From positions 58,207-122,206 of the forward strand of contig CACOFY010000002.1 of the NCBI GenBank assembly GCA_902626575.1: a DNA stretch of 64,000 bases, given 5' to 3'. The translations under genes were made by a program, and so were the position numbers. The notes under the pieces are model-generated. The model had not been told where the DNA came from. It saw only the letters and a program-made list of their open reading frames with translations, and did no database searches. Positions 48,264 to 59,270 of the stretch are shown piece by piece (the first letter of the stretch is position 1; each line of letters starts with the position of its first letter). Origin of the DNA: an uncultured Pelagibacteraceae bacterium (GTDB lineage Bacteria; Pseudomonadota; Alphaproteobacteria; Pelagibacterales; Pelagibacteraceae).

Positions 48264-49070
48264 TTATTTTAGTGCAGGTTTTAAAAGCCTCAACATTTTA
48301 TTATGTATGTTTTTATTGGCTGATATTAAAACATTGCCAGCTTTTGTTGCATTTTCGTTGCGCCATGTTGAGGCAATTCCACCTGATGCTTTGATTATTG
48401 GAATAAGTGGATGAATATCCCAAATTTTATTCATACATTGAATTACAACATCAATTCTGCCTTCGCAAAAATGAGCGTAACTTAAAGCATCAGCACATGG
48501 AAACTGCATCAGTTTTAAAACTTTTGGTATTTTTTTTTGTCGATTAATTGACAGCCATCCATGAAAAGCTCCTGATACTTTCATATCTTTCACTTTTGCG
48601 TTTTTATTTACTTTTAATCTTGTCCTTTTTTTATTATCAACAACGTAAGCTACTTTATCCGATATGTTGTAGTAATGCTTTTTTAATTTTGGAAAGTTTG
48701 CAAGTCCTAAAATTGGACTTCCTTTGTAGTTTAGTGAAATTAAATTACTCCAAGTTGGGTTTCCGATGACATAAGATCTTGTGCCATCAATTGGATCTAT
48801 AATCCATTTAAAATCACTCTTTGTTTTTTTATAACCATATTCCTCGCCAATAATTTCATGACTTGGAAATTTTTTTTTGATTTTTGATCGAATAAATTTT
48901 TCAAATGCTTTATCTGAACTAGTGACTGGATCATATCCTTTGCCTTTTAGTTTGTTGACAACCTTGAAAGGTTTATCTAATTTTTTGTAATAAAAATTAG
49001 TAAGATCTCTAGCAAGACTGTTAAGAAAATTAGCGAAATATCTTAATTTTTTTGCATTCAGTTTTTCCAT
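48264..49070 (-). CDS. Inositol monophosphatase-family protein (HisN-like)
   Basis: DPVT.SD, GEE, WIIDPIDGT, WDI. Confidence 0.88.
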   Translation of the reverse strand: MEKLNAKKLRYFANFLNSLARDLTNFYYKKLDKPFKVVNKLKGKGYDPVTSSDKAFEKFIRSKIKKKFPSHEIIGEEYGYKKTKSDFKWIIDPIDGTRSYVIGNPTWSNLISLNYKGSPILGLANFPKLKKHYYNISDKVAYVVDNKKRTRLKVNKNAKVKDMKVSGAFHGWLSINRQKKIPKVLKLMQFPCADALSYAHFCEGRIDVVIQCMNKIWDIHPLIPIIKASGGIASTWRNENATKAGNVLISANKNIHNKMLRLLKPALK

Positions 49071-49131
49071 GCAGACGACATACTATTTATCTTGATTAAT
49101 GTAAATTTATAAATAATTCTTATAGAATCTT

Positions 49132-50235
49132 ATGAAAATTGAATTAAGTAATAATAAAGTTTTTTATAAAAACGGAACCTCAAGCGAGGAAATTCATCCA
49201 TTTTGGCTTCGAGAAAGAGCAAATGGGGAAAAGCATTTAGATAAGGGAACTCAACAAAGGCTTTTTGATCCAACTTCTTTAGATGTAGAGGTTCAAATTA
49301 AAGAAGCACAAATTAAGGATCAAATTTTAGAAATTAACTTTAATGATGGAGTAAATTCAAAACTTGATATTAATTTAATTGCTCAAGAATTTTCAAAAAA
49401 AGATATTGCTGTTCATTCTATTGAAAAGATAAAATGGGACTCTAGTCTCAAATCAATTAAAAATTTTGAATTCAAAGATGACTTGTTTGAGTCTAAGGAA
49501 ATGTATAATATTTTAGTTTCTTTTTATAAATATGGATTTGTAATAATTAAAAAAGTTCCAACTGAAGATAACTATTTAGTTAAATTTGCAAACTCAATTG
49601 GAAGTGTGAGAAGAACTAACTTTGGTGAACACTTTAATGTAAAATCAAAACCAAACCCAAATGATCTTGCTTATACATCTTTACCATTAGCACCTCACAC
49701 TGATAACCCATATAGAAATCCTGTTCCTTGTATTCAAATTTTACATTGTATTGTGAATGAAGTTAAAGGTGGTTATTCAACTTTGGTTGATGGTTACAAT
49801 GTTACAGAAACACTTAAAAAAGAGAATCCTGAGTACTATGATATTCTAACTAAAGTTAAAGTTCGTTTTAAGTTTATTGATAAAGATGTTGTTTTAGAAG
49901 ATTGGTCTGAACTTATAAAACTTGATGAGGATAATCAATTTAAACAAGTTAGATTTAGTCCAAGACTTGATTATGTTCCAATATTGGAAAAAAGGGATTT
50001 AGATCTTTATTATAAAGCAAGAAAAAAAATTTCTGATTTATATAATTCTGAAAAGTATAGGATTGAATTTAAGTTGCAGCCAGGTGATTTATTAATGATG
50101 GATAATCATAGATTATTACATGGAAGAACAGAGTTTGATGTAAATGATGGTAATAGATTTTTACAAGGTTGTTACATTGAATTTGATAGTACAGAAGGAA
50201 AACTTCGACACCTTAAAAGAAAATATAATTTATAA
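49132..50235 (+). CDS. Gamma-butyrobetaine/trimethyllysine hydroxylase-like 2-oxoglutarate dioxygenase
   Basis: N-terminal WLRE domain, LAYT, HTDNPY, DNHRLLHGR, LQGCY. Confidence 0.88.
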   Translation: MKIELSNNKVFYKNGTSSEEIHPFWLRERANGEKHLDKGTQQRLFDPTSLDVEVQIKEAQIKDQILEINFNDGVNSKLDINLIAQEFSKKDIAVHSIEKIKWDSSLKSIKNFEFKDDLFESKEMYNILVSFYKYGFVIIKKVPTEDNYLVKFANSIGSVRRTNFGEHFNVKSKPNPNDLAYTSLPLAPHTDNPYRNPVPCIQILHCIVNEVKGGYSTLVDGYNVTETLKKENPEYYDILTKVKVRFKFIDKDVVLEDWSELIKLDEDNQFKQVRFSPRLDYVPILEKRDLDLYYKARKKISDLYNSEKYRIEFKLQPGDLLMMDNHRLLHGRTEFDVNDGNRFLQGCYIEFDSTEGKLRHLKRKYNL

Positions 50236-50808
50236 ATCTTCAATTTCTTTTTCAGCTTTTGCAATTGATTTCTCATAATCTATGGACATTTGATCAGCAG
50301 ATATAATTTTTATATCTGTAATTCCAAAAAAATTTAACATTAGGGTTAGCCAAGGACTTAGAAAATCCTCTTTACTGCCAATTTTAGTACCCCCTGAGGT
50401 AATCACTAAATAAGCTTTTTTATTTTTAAGCAATCCAATTCTTTTTCCATCAGGTGTATACTTGAATGTTGTATCAACACGTGCTGCAAGATCGGACCAA
50501 GCTTTTAAGGTTGCAGGTGGACCAAAATTGTAAATTGGGGCTGAAATTATAATTATGTCACTTTCTTTCAGTTCTAAAACTAGCTTATCAGATAATTCAA
50601 ACATTTTTTTATGATCTTCAGTTTGTTTATCTAAAGGTATCTTCATACCTGACTCTGTTAATTTAGAAATAAAAAGCATTTCATCATCCAAGTCTCTGTA
50701 GATTATTTCATCACCTGGTTTTTTAATTTTATTAAGAAGCTTTTTTGATAGCTGTCTTGATGTAGAGCCTTCTTTTCTAGCACTTGAATCAATTTGATAA
50801 ATTTTCAT
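50230..50808 (-). CDS. azoR: FMN-dependent NADH azoreductase/quinone reductase
   Basis: IDSSAR...S, APIYNF, LKAWSD, TFKYT, TSGG. Confidence 0.85.
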   Translation of the reverse strand: MKIYQIDSSARKEGSTSRQLSKKLLNKIKKPGDEIIYRDLDDEMLFISKLTESGMKIPLDKQTEDHKKMFELSDKLVLELKESDIIIISAPIYNFGPPATLKAWSDLAARVDTTFKYTPDGKRIGLLKNKKAYLVITSGGTKIGSKEDFLSPWLTLMLNFFGITDIKIISADQMSIDYEKSIAKAEKEIEDL

Positions 50809-50811
50809 ATA

Positions 50812-51738
50812 TTAATTTTTATTTAAATTTAACCATTCTATCTCATTAAATTTTAATTTAATGTAAATAGAGTTTAATGAATACATTAATTGGTTAGTAT
50901 TTTTTGGGCCTATTATCGCATATGATGGGAATCTTTGATTCAATACCCAAGATAAAGCTATATCATTACAAGTACATTTGTATTTATTTGCAAGTTCCTT
51001 AGATCTCTTTTTTCTCTCAAGATTTTCTATACTTGAGAAGCATTCTCTTAAATAATTTTTAAATTTTCTTCTAAATATTTTTTTTATTAAGTTATCTTCA
51101 AAAAAAAAGCCTCTTGCTTGACTTGACCAAGAGAAATGAGAAATTTTATTTTTCTCTAGAAATTCTAGATAGTCTTTATCGTTAGATGAAATACTATCAT
51201 GCCATAAGGGTTTTATCATTTTAGCTAAAGATAAATTATTGTTCATAATACTAAAATTAATTTTGTTATTTTTTTTTGACCAAGTTATCGACTCTTGAAA
51301 TCTTTGAATTGTAGTATTTGATATACCAAAAGAATTTATTATTTTTAATCTTATTAATTCATTAAAAGCATCTATAAATTCTCCTATTGGTACTTCTTTA
51401 TTATCATGATGTAAAATTAAAATATCGACAGAGTCTAACATCATCCTTTCTAGTGATATTTTTAATAATTCACAAACTTCTGAAGGTTTAGTATCGATGC
51501 TTCCAACTTTAGAAATAACTACAATTTTTTTTTTATTATTTTTTGATTTAATCCATCTTCCTAAGAATTTTTCAGTCAGTCCGTCTCTATAGTAAATTGA
51601 ATTATCAAATGTGTTTCCACCATTTTCATAATATAGATCCCAAACTCTAGAAGCTTTTGAATATTTATTGAAATAATCATTTCCAATAATCAATTTTGAA
51701 ATTTCTTTTTCAATACCTTTAATCTTTCCATAAATCAT
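50812..51738 (-). CDS. Aldo/keto reductase (divergent)
   Basis: GGNTFD...Y, ISKVG, SLERM, GISN, WSSQARG, IALSWVL. Confidence 0.85.
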   Translation of the reverse strand: MIYGKIKGIEKEISKLIIGNDYFNKYSKASRVWDLYYENGGNTFDNSIYYRDGLTEKFLGRWIKSKNNKKKIVVISKVGSIDTKPSEVCELLKISLERMMLDSVDILILHHDNKEVPIGEFIDAFNELIRLKIINSFGISNTTIQRFQESITWSKKNNKINFSIMNNNLSLAKMIKPLWHDSISSNDKDYLEFLEKNKISHFSWSSQARGFFFEDNLIKKIFRRKFKNYLRECFSSIENLERKKRSKELANKYKCTCNDIALSWVLNQRFPSYAIIGPKNTNQLMYSLNSIYIKLKFNEIEWLNLNKN

Positions 51739-51767
51739 ATTATTTATTTAAATTATTCTTTTACTCT

Positions 51768-52475
51768 CTATCCAAATTTTTGAAAAAATGGCATATATTT
51801 CAATAAATAAAATCCTACAGCTTGAAGCTTATTAGAGAGTATTAATACTCCAGTTACTAACAACAAAGTACCTCCAGTTTTTATTACAATATTCATTTTT
51901 TTTTTAATATTTTTTGAAACTATCAAAAATTTTTGAAGCAAATAACCAGATAGAATAAAAGGAATTGCTAATCCCATAGAATAAAAAAATAAAAGTAGAA
52001 TTCCTCTACTTATATTCTCCTCTGTAGATGCTAATGCGAGTATAGAGCCCAAAATTGGACCTATGCATGGTGTCCATCCAAAACCAAAAGCAAAACCAAC
52101 CAACACTGGACCAAAAATTCCAATATTTTTTTCTGAATGTATTCTTTTTTCGTAATTTAAAAAACTTATATTTATTACACCCAATATTTGAAGTGAAAAA
52201 ATTATTATTATTACTCCTGCAAAAATTCTTAGTTCGTTAGAATTACTTAGTAACAACTTTCCAAGATAAGTTGCTGCAGCACCGAAAATAATAAAAATAA
52301 CAGAAAAACCGATAGTGAATAAAATTATTGGAATTAAGTTTATATTTTTTTTTTGAACTAGCTCATTCAAAGAGCTGCCAGTGATGTAGGATATATATCC
52401 AGGTATCAATGGTAATACACAAGGTGATAAAAAACTTAGAAGGCCAGCACCAAATGCAATGAATAATTCAATCAT
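51768..52475 (-). CDS. ccdA: Cytochrome c biogenesis thiol-disulfide transporter
   Basis: SFLSPCVLPL and GWTPCIGPIL. Confidence 0.93.
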   Translation of the reverse strand: MIELFIAFGAGLLSFLSPCVLPLIPGYISYITGSSLNELVQKKNINLIPIILFTIGFSVIFIIFGAAATYLGKLLLSNSNELRIFAGVIIIIFSLQILGVINISFLNYEKRIHSEKNIGIFGPVLVGFAFGFGWTPCIGPILGSILALASTEENISRGILLLFFYSMGLAIPFILSGYLLQKFLIVSKNIKKKMNIVIKTGGTLLLVTGVLILSNKLQAVGFYLLKYMPFFQKFG

Positions 52476-55166
52476 TTAACCAGTATTTTTCATTGCTGCT
52501 GAAATACCTGCAATTGAAGTCATCATTGCATCATTTAGATATTTTTTATGATTTTTGTTAATTTTTCTTTTTGAAAGTTTTTTCATAACTGTTGCTTGTA
52601 AGATATTAAGTACTTCTGAATAAATATCTCTCACAATTATATTTCCCCTAAATTTTTTCCTTTGTCCAATAATAACTTTAGGTGTGATGTTTTTGTTCAA
52701 TCTTTTAATTGTATTAAATTCATTTCTAAGCTTGTCGCCAACTTTTTTTAAATTTTGGTCTGCTAGGTTAGTTTCATAGACCTCTGAAATATCTGGGTCT
52801 ACTTTTGAGATAACCATATCTAAAATATCCATTGTTGAATTGAAAAAAGGCCAATTTTTCTCCATATCGATTAGCGTTTTTAAATTTTTTTTAATTGAAG
52901 AAAATTTTAAGGCTTCACCTGTTCCAAGCCATGCTGGTAAAAATAATCTTATCTGAGTCCATGCAAACACCCAGGGTATTGCTCTTAGGCTTTGTATGTT
53001 GTCGACATTTTTTCTTTTAGAGGGTCTTGATCCTATAGATAATTTTCCAAGAGCAACATGAGGCGTAACAATTTTAAAATATTTTATAAAGTCAGAGCTA
53101 TAATTTATATTTTTTCTGTATGATTTGGTTGAAATTTTTGTCATAGCTTCTATTAAGCTCCTCCATTTCTTTTTAGGTGTAGGAGGTGGTTTTAATGTAG
53201 CTTGCATCACGGTACCGATATAGCTACATAGATTATATTTTGCTAAAGGTTCATAACCATATTTTTGTTGTATCATTTCACCTTGATCTGTAATTCTTAT
53301 TTTTCCATTTACAGATCCAGGAGGTTGAGATCTTAATGTAGATCTTATTGGTCCCCCACCTCTGCCAGCAGATCCACCTCGTCCATGAAAGAAAGTAACA
53401 TCAATTTTATATTTTTTGGTAAGTTTTAAAATTTCTTCTTGAAGCTTATATTGATGCCAACTCGCTGATAGCTTACCAGCATCTTTACTAGAATCTGAAT
53501 ACCCTATCATAATCTCTTGTTTGTAATTAATTAATTTTCTGTACCATCCTAATGAAAACAATTTTTCCATTATTGGTTTAGCATTAATTAAATCATCTAA
53601 AGTTTCAAATAATGGAACAACTCTTAATTTATTTTTTATTTTTGCTTCTTTTTGAAGAAATGACACCGTCAAAATATCTGATGCAGATGAAGTCATCGAG
53701 ATTACATAAGCACCTAAACATTCTGGAGGTTCTGAAGCTATAGCTTTAAAAGTTGACCATACCTCTTTATTTTCCCTGTTTTTAAATATGAAATTATTAA
53801 TATTGTTTTTTTTAATTTTAAGGTTTTTAGATAAAAAATTAATTTTTTTGTTTTCATCCCATTGACTGTAGTTTTGATTGAATTTTTTTTTTACATACTC
53901 TGCTATTAATTGTGAGTGTCTTGAAGACTCTTGTCTTATATCTAATTTTGCTAAATTTATACCAAAACATTTTGCTCTCCTCATTAAATCTAAAAGTTCT
54001 CCACTTGCAATGTTTTCACTTTGGTTTTGTTCTAGTGACTCTCTTACTACTCTTAAAGGTTTAAGTATTTCTTCTTTAGATGATAATAAATTTTTATTAT
54101 TTAATGGTTTTTTATTAACCAAATATTGTTCTATGGATCTATGTGTAACTCTCATCTTATCTCTTAAGGGTCTTAAATATACTCTGTAAGGTTCAAATGT
54201 TTTTCCTGTCTGTTTTTTAATTTTATTTGAACATTTATCCATTGATAATCCTCGAATAAGTTTAGTTAACTCTTTTTCATATAGTTTAGCTGCTTCCCAT
54301 CTTGATAATAGAATTACCTCTTTAGTAACAATAGATGTAACATTTGGATTTCCATCCCTATCACCTCCCATCCATGAGCCAAATTCAATTGGATTAAAAT
54401 TTTTTGGAAGATTTTTTCCCATATGTTTCAAGAAAATCGCATTTAATCTTCTATAAACTTTTGGAATTGTTTCCCAAAGACTATCTTCAATTACAGCTAA
54501 TCCCCATCTAGCTTCTTCGGTTGGTGTTGGTTTAAATCTTTTTAAATCGTCAGTATTCCAAATTATTGTAAATTCATCATAGAGTTTTTTTTCTAAAATT
54601 TTAGTTTTTGAAGGAAATTTTTTAATTAATTCTCTTTGTTCCATTATTTCAATAATTTTATGGTATTTTTGGATTAAAGTTCGTCTTTTAACTTCTGTTG
54701 GATGTGCGGTTAGTACTATTCCTATATTAAGATTTTTTGCAATATTGTAGATTTTGTTTGGTGGTATTTTTTTATTTCTAAATAGGCTCTCAAAAATTTC
54801 CTCTATAAAAATATTGTCATATTTTTTTTTGGATTCTGAATTTTCAAATTCGTCGAGTTTTCTTGATGCATCAATTGTTTCACTCAAATTTATAAAGTTC
54901 ATGAAATGATTAAATGCTCTTGAAAGTTTAAATATATTTTTTGGACTTAATTTTTGAATTTCATAAATTATTTTGTTAAATCTAAGCTTATCGTTTTTAT
55001 TCTTTTTATTTGCTTTAGAAAGTAATCTAATTTTTTCAACCAAATTAAAAAAGTTTTCTCCCTCTTGTTTTTTAATTACTCTTCCAAGTATGTTTCCAAG
55101 ATATCGAACATCGTCTCTAAGCGATTTTGTAGGGATTCTTTCGTAGTAGAGATCTCTTTTTAACAT
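52476..55166 (-). CDS. ppc: Phosphoenolpyruvate carboxylase
   Basis: VLTAHPTE, SWMGGDRDGNP, MIGYSDSSKD, FHGRGG, SLRAIPW, MKNTG. Confidence 0.98.
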   Translation of the reverse strand: MLKRDLYYERIPTKSLRDDVRYLGNILGRVIKKQEGENFFNLVEKIRLLSKANKKNKNDKLRFNKIIYEIQKLSPKNIFKLSRAFNHFMNFINLSETIDASRKLDEFENSESKKKYDNIFIEEIFESLFRNKKIPPNKIYNIAKNLNIGIVLTAHPTEVKRRTLIQKYHKIIEIMEQRELIKKFPSKTKILEKKLYDEFTIIWNTDDLKRFKPTPTEEARWGLAVIEDSLWETIPKVYRRLNAIFLKHMGKNLPKNFNPIEFGSWMGGDRDGNPNVTSIVTKEVILLSRWEAAKLYEKELTKLIRGLSMDKCSNKIKKQTGKTFEPYRVYLRPLRDKMRVTHRSIEQYLVNKKPLNNKNLLSSKEEILKPLRVVRESLEQNQSENIASGELLDLMRRAKCFGINLAKLDIRQESSRHSQLIAEYVKKKFNQNYSQWDENKKINFLSKNLKIKKNNINNFIFKNRENKEVWSTFKAIASEPPECLGAYVISMTSSASDILTVSFLQKEAKIKNKLRVVPLFETLDDLINAKPIMEKLFSLGWYRKLINYKQEIMIGYSDSSKDAGKLSASWHQYKLQEEILKLTKKYKIDVTFFHGRGGSAGRGGGPIRSTLRSQPPGSVNGKIRITDQGEMIQQKYGYEPLAKYNLCSYIGTVMQATLKPPPTPKKKWRSLIEAMTKISTKSYRKNINYSSDFIKYFKIVTPHVALGKLSIGSRPSKRKNVDNIQSLRAIPWVFAWTQIRLFLPAWLGTGEALKFSSIKKNLKTLIDMEKNWPFFNSTMDILDMVISKVDPDISEVYETNLADQNLKKVGDKLRNEFNTIKRLNKNITPKVIIGQRKKFRGNIIVRDIYSEVLNILQATVMKKLSKRKINKNHKKYLNDAMMTSIAGISAAMKNTG

Positions 55167-55172
55167 TTATTA

Positions 55173-56615
55173 CTAACCTTTTAATCCGAGGTGAGTATAT
55201 TTAACATTTAAATAATCTTTTATTGCCATTGAACCACCTTCTCTTCCGTATCCAGCTTGCTTAATACCTCCAAAGGGTGCTTCAGCAATTGCAACTAAAG
55301 GAGTGTTAACAGCAACAGTTCCTGTCTCCATTAATTCGGAAGCTCTGTGCGCTTTTTCCATGGAGTTTGTGCAAATATAACTTGATAAGCCAAGCTCATG
55401 ATTATTTGCTCTCTCGATTACCTCTTCAAAAGATTTAAAAGATAATATTGGAACTAAAGGTCCAAAAGGTTCTACCTTCATTATTGTAAAATTATCTTTA
55501 ACATTATCAAACACTGTTGGTTCATAAAAATAACCTTTGTTAAAACCTTGAGGTCTCTTTCCCCCTAAAAGTACTTTTGCACCCTCTTTCTTTGTCGTCT
55601 CAACTAATTCCTCAATTTCGTTTAATCTTTTTTTTGTAGTTAGTGGACCTAGTTGGACATCAGGGTCCATTCCATCTCCAATTTTTAATTTTTTTGTTTT
55701 TTCAATAAAAAGATTTACAAATTCATCTTTCTTACTTTCTTGTATATAAAATCTGTTCGGTGAAATACAAACTTGTCCATTGTTTCTAAATTTTGCAGCA
55801 ATTGCCATATCGGTCGCTTTTTTAATATCGGCATCGTCAAAGACTATAAAAGGTGAATGACCGCTTAGTTCCATTGTTACTCTTTGAACTTTATCGGCTG
55901 CTTGTTTGAGAATTAATTTTCCTACTCTTGAAGATCCAGTTATTGATATTTTTTTAACTATATCGGATGCAATTAGTTGTTGGGCGATACTTGGGGGATC
56001 CCCGGATAATAAATTAACAACTCCAGGAGGGACACCACATTCTCTACAAATTTCAACTTGTTCCATTACAACACCTGGCGTTATCACATCTGGTTTAACA
56101 ATTACTGAACATCCTGCGGCTAACGCTGTAGAAATTTTTCTAGCGGATAGAACTAAGGGAAAGTTCCATGGAACCAACGCTGCAACTACTCCAACTGGCT
56201 GATAATAAACGTGAACTCTAGTATCTTCAAATCTACTCTCGACTGTTTGACCATAAATTCTTTTTGTCTCTTCAGCATTCCATTCATATATGTCTGCAGC
56301 CCCGTTAACTTCACCTTTTGCCTCTGCAAAAGGTTTTCCAACTTCAAGTGTCATCCATTTAGCAAGTATGTCTTGCTTTTCTCTCATTTTGTCTGCAATT
56401 CTTCTTAAAACATATGCGCGTTGCCAAGGAGGTGTTTTTTTCCAAACCTCTAAACCTTTCTGCGCTGACAATAATGCTTTATTTACATCTTCTGGAGAGG
56501 CTTTAGATGCTTGACCAAGCACTTCTTCGTTTGCCGGATTAATTACTTCGTACGTTTCACCAGTCGAGGACTTATGCCATTTACCATCTGTAAATTGTCC
56601 ATATTTTTCGTACAT
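55173..56615 (-). CDS. gabD: NAD(P)-dependent succinate-semialdehyde dehydrogenase-family ALDH
   Basis: PWNFP, ITGS, MELSG, KFRNNGQVC, EPFGP, PFGG. Confidence 0.8.
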   Translation of the reverse strand: MYEKYGQFTDGKWHKSSTGETYEVINPANEEVLGQASKASPEDVNKALLSAQKGLEVWKKTPPWQRAYVLRRIADKMREKQDILAKWMTLEVGKPFAEAKGEVNGAADIYEWNAEETKRIYGQTVESRFEDTRVHVYYQPVGVVAALVPWNFPLVLSARKISTALAAGCSVIVKPDVITPGVVMEQVEICRECGVPPGVVNLLSGDPPSIAQQLIASDIVKKISITGSSRVGKLILKQAADKVQRVTMELSGHSPFIVFDDADIKKATDMAIAAKFRNNGQVCISPNRFYIQESKKDEFVNLFIEKTKKLKIGDGMDPDVQLGPLTTKKRLNEIEELVETTKKEGAKVLLGGKRPQGFNKGYFYEPTVFDNVKDNFTIMKVEPFGPLVPILSFKSFEEVIERANNHELGLSSYICTNSMEKAHRASELMETGTVAVNTPLVAIAEAPFGGIKQAGYGREGGSMAIKDYLNVKYTHLGLKG

Positions 56616-56718
56616 ATTTTAATCTAGCATGACCTTTTAAAGTGTCTAGTGTGCAAATAAATCATATCTACAAGGCATTCGGGGATATTATACTATAAAA
56701 AAAAAAAAGGAGTGTAAT

Positions 56719-57036
56719 ATGAAAGCATATATAATGGGAAACTACACTGAAAAAGCTTTTCAAGGATTTTTAAAAGATCCTACAAGTGATAGAAAAGCAG
56801 TTGTGGAACAGCTTGTAAAAGCTATGAGTGGAACTTGTCATATGATGGATATAGTAAGAGGTTCATACGATTTTATAGTTGTTGTTGAAGTACCAAGTTT
56901 TGATGATTTCGCAGCAATTAAATTAGTTGTTGAAGCATCAGGAGCTGTAAAAAACTTATCTATATTAGAAGCAATAGATTTTACAAAAGCTACAACTAAA
57001 GCAAGTAAGATTGGCTACAAAGCCCCAGGACAGTAA
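56719..57036 (+). CDS. GYD-domain protein
   Basis: GSYDF motif, YKAPG C-terminus, AAGGAG SD. Confidence 0.8.
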   Translation: MKAYIMGNYTEKAFQGFLKDPTSDRKAVVEQLVKAMSGTCHMMDIVRGSYDFIVVVEVPSFDDFAAIKLVVEASGAVKNLSILEAIDFTKATTKASKIGYKAPGQ

Positions 57037-57044
57037 AAGATAAA

Positions 57045-57395
57045 TTAATTTTTTTTGTCGTTATCTACGACTAAGCAGATTTCTGATTTTGTCAGAAATC
57101 TGCGACCTGTTCCGTTATCTAAAGAGAACATTCCGCCGATGCCCTTTACGGCATCAATAGTTAAATCAGTATGTTTCCATTTTTCATACTGATCATCATT
57201 CATATAAAAAGGTACACCTCCAATTTCACCAAGTTTGACGTCGCTGCTTCCGACCATATATTCATTTTTAGGATAGCACATTGGAGCACTCCCATCGCAA
57301 CAACCGCCTGATTGATGAAACAAAAGCTCATCACCATGTTGAGCTTTAATATCTTGTAGTAATTTTAGAGCAGATTCTGTAGCTTTAACTTTCAT
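57045..57395 (-). CDS. DUF779 family protein
   Basis: FHQSGGCCDGSAPMCY, WKHT, FSL; usual position downstream of AldB-type dehydrogenases. Confidence 0.92.
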   Translation of the reverse strand: MKVKATESALKLLQDIKAQHGDELLFHQSGGCCDGSAPMCYPKNEYMVGSSDVKLGEIGGVPFYMNDDQYEKWKHTDLTIDAVKGIGGMFSLDNGTGRRFLTKSEICLVVDNDKKN

Positions 57396-57427
57396 AAAAA
57401 TATGGCCCGTGATTCCTCACGGGCCAT
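57396..57427 (-). terminator. Strong hairpin (GGAA tetraloop) plus U-tract between aldB and DUF779
   Basis: Minus strand reads ATGGCCCGTGA-GGAA-TCACGGGCCAT-ATTTTT, then the DUF779 ATG. Confidence 0.8.
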
Positions 57428-57444
57428 TATATATTAATTGTTGT

Positions 57445-59145
57445 TTAAAAGAAGCCTAATTTCTTCTCACTGTAAGACACGTGTAAGTTTTTCACCTGTC
57501 TATAGTGATTAAGCATCATTTTATGAGTTTCTCTTCCGATACCAGATTGTTTATATCCGCCGAAAGCAGCATGAGCAGGATACGCGTGATAACAGTTTGT
57601 CCAAACTCTTCCAGCTTGTATCTCTCTTCCCATTCTAAACGCAAGATTTCCATTTCTAGTCCATACACCTGCACCTAAACCATAAAGAGTATCATTAGCA
57701 ATTTCTAATGCTTCTTTTTCATCTTTGAATTTAGTTACTGAGACTACTGGACCAAAAATTTCTTCTTGGAATATTCTCATGTCGTTTGTACCTTCGAAAA
57801 TAGTTGGTTCTATATAGTTACCTTTTTCTAAACCACTATTGATCTTAGCAACATTTCCACCACATAGAACTTTGGCTCCTTCTTTCTTACCTAAATCTAG
57901 ATAAGATTTGATTTTCTCCATTTGCTCTAATGATGCTTGAGCACCAATCATAGTTTCCATTTTTAAAGGATTATCTTGCTTAACAGCTTTAGTTCTAGCA
58001 ATAGCTTTTTCTATGAATTTATCATAGATAGACTCTTGTATTAACACTCTGCTTGGGCAAGTACATACCTCACCTTGGTTTAACGTAAACATTGCAAAAC
58101 CCTCAAGACATTTGTCTAAAAAGTCGTCATCTTTTGCCATAACGTCCTCAAAGAAAATGTTTGGAGATTTTCCACCTAGCTCCAACGTGATTGGTATTAA
58201 GTTTTGTGATGCGTATTGCATTATTAAACGACCAGTCGTTGTTTCACCTGTAAAAGCAATCTTTCTGATTCTTTTTGATGATGCTAGTGGTTTACCAGCT
58301 TCTAAACCAAAGCCACTTACAATATTAACTACTCCTGGAGGTAATAAATCTCCAATTAATTCCATAAGTAACATTATTGATGCTGGTGTTTGCTCAGCAG
58401 GTTTTAACACTACACAGTTTCCTGCAGCTAAAGCTGGAGCAAGTTTCCAAGTTGCCATTAATAACGGAAAGTTCCACGGTATAATTTGTCCAACTACACC
58501 TAGTGGCTCAGGAATGTGATAAGAGTATTCGCCGTTACTGATCTCAGCAACTGAGCCCTCTTCTGCTCTGATTACCCCAGCAAAATATCTCCAATGATCT
58601 ATTACCAGCGGTAAATCAGCTGCCATACATTCTCTAATTGGCTTACCATTATCTAAACATTCTGCAGTTGCTAACACATTAAGATTTTTCTCAATCACGT
58701 CAGCAATTTTTAAAAGAATGTTTGATCTTTCCGTTATTGAAGTTTTGCCCCAACTAGGGAAAGCTGCGTGAGCAGCATCTAGTGCTGCATCTACGTCTTT
58801 CTCATTTGATCGTGCAATAGTACAGATAACCTCATTTGAAATAGGTGAAGTATTGTCAAAATACTTACCAGATTTAGGTTCTACAAACTTACCATTAATG
58901 TAGTTTCCATATTTTGACTTAAATGGAAATTTAACCTTCAAATGAGAGGTATCAAGAACTGAAGACACTTTCATTGCTTCTGCGCTCATTTTTCCTCCAT
59001 TTGTTTTACGCTTTTTTGATTTGGTTTTAAGACTTTTTTTTCGCTTTGAAGACTTAGAAATTTTTCTAGTCGTCTTTTTTTTTGATTTAGATTTTTTAAT
59101 CGACTTTTTAGATTTCTTGTTCTTCTTTTTTGTCTTTTTAACCAT
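57445..59145 (-). CDS. aldB: AldB/ExaC-type aldehyde dehydrogenase, with in-frame Lys-rich extension (alternative start at 58989)
   Basis: [51 protein letters not shown]. Confidence 0.9.
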   Translation of the reverse strand: MVKKTKKKNKKSKKSIKKSKSKKKTTRKISKSSKRKKSLKTKSKKRKTNGGKMSAEAMKVSSVLDTSHLKVKFPFKSKYGNYINGKFVEPKSGKYFDNTSPISNEVICTIARSNEKDVDAALDAAHAAFPSWGKTSITERSNILLKIADVIEKNLNVLATAECLDNGKPIRECMAADLPLVIDHWRYFAGVIRAEEGSVAEISNGEYSYHIPEPLGVVGQIIPWNFPLLMATWKLAPALAAGNCVVLKPAEQTPASIMLLMELIGDLLPPGVVNIVSGFGLEAGKPLASSKRIRKIAFTGETTTGRLIMQYASQNLIPITLELGGKSPNIFFEDVMAKDDDFLDKCLEGFAMFTLNQGEVCTCPSRVLIQESIYDKFIEKAIARTKAVKQDNPLKMETMIGAQASLEQMEKIKSYLDLGKKEGAKVLCGGNVAKINSGLEKGNYIEPTIFEGTNDMRIFQEEIFGPVVSVTKFKDEKEALEIANDTLYGLGAGVWTRNGNLAFRMGREIQAGRVWTNCYHAYPAHAAFGGYKQSGIGRETHKMMLNHYRQVKNLHVSYSEKKLGFF

Positions 59146-59270
59146 TTATATAAGTTAAATTAAAAACCTTTTTATGAACCTTGTAAATGAGTTAAATAAT
59201 TTTCAATTTGAAGTTGAAAAATTATAATATCAAAAAGTCTAAGTTTTATGCTAAAATAATTCTTTTAAAT

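Noticed and set aside
56672-56712. AAGGCATT followed by an A12 run before the GYD gene SD, as a possible SAM-V element or phase-variable tract
   Set aside because: No complementary strand for a riboswitch stem, and long A/T runs are common throughout this AT-rich window.
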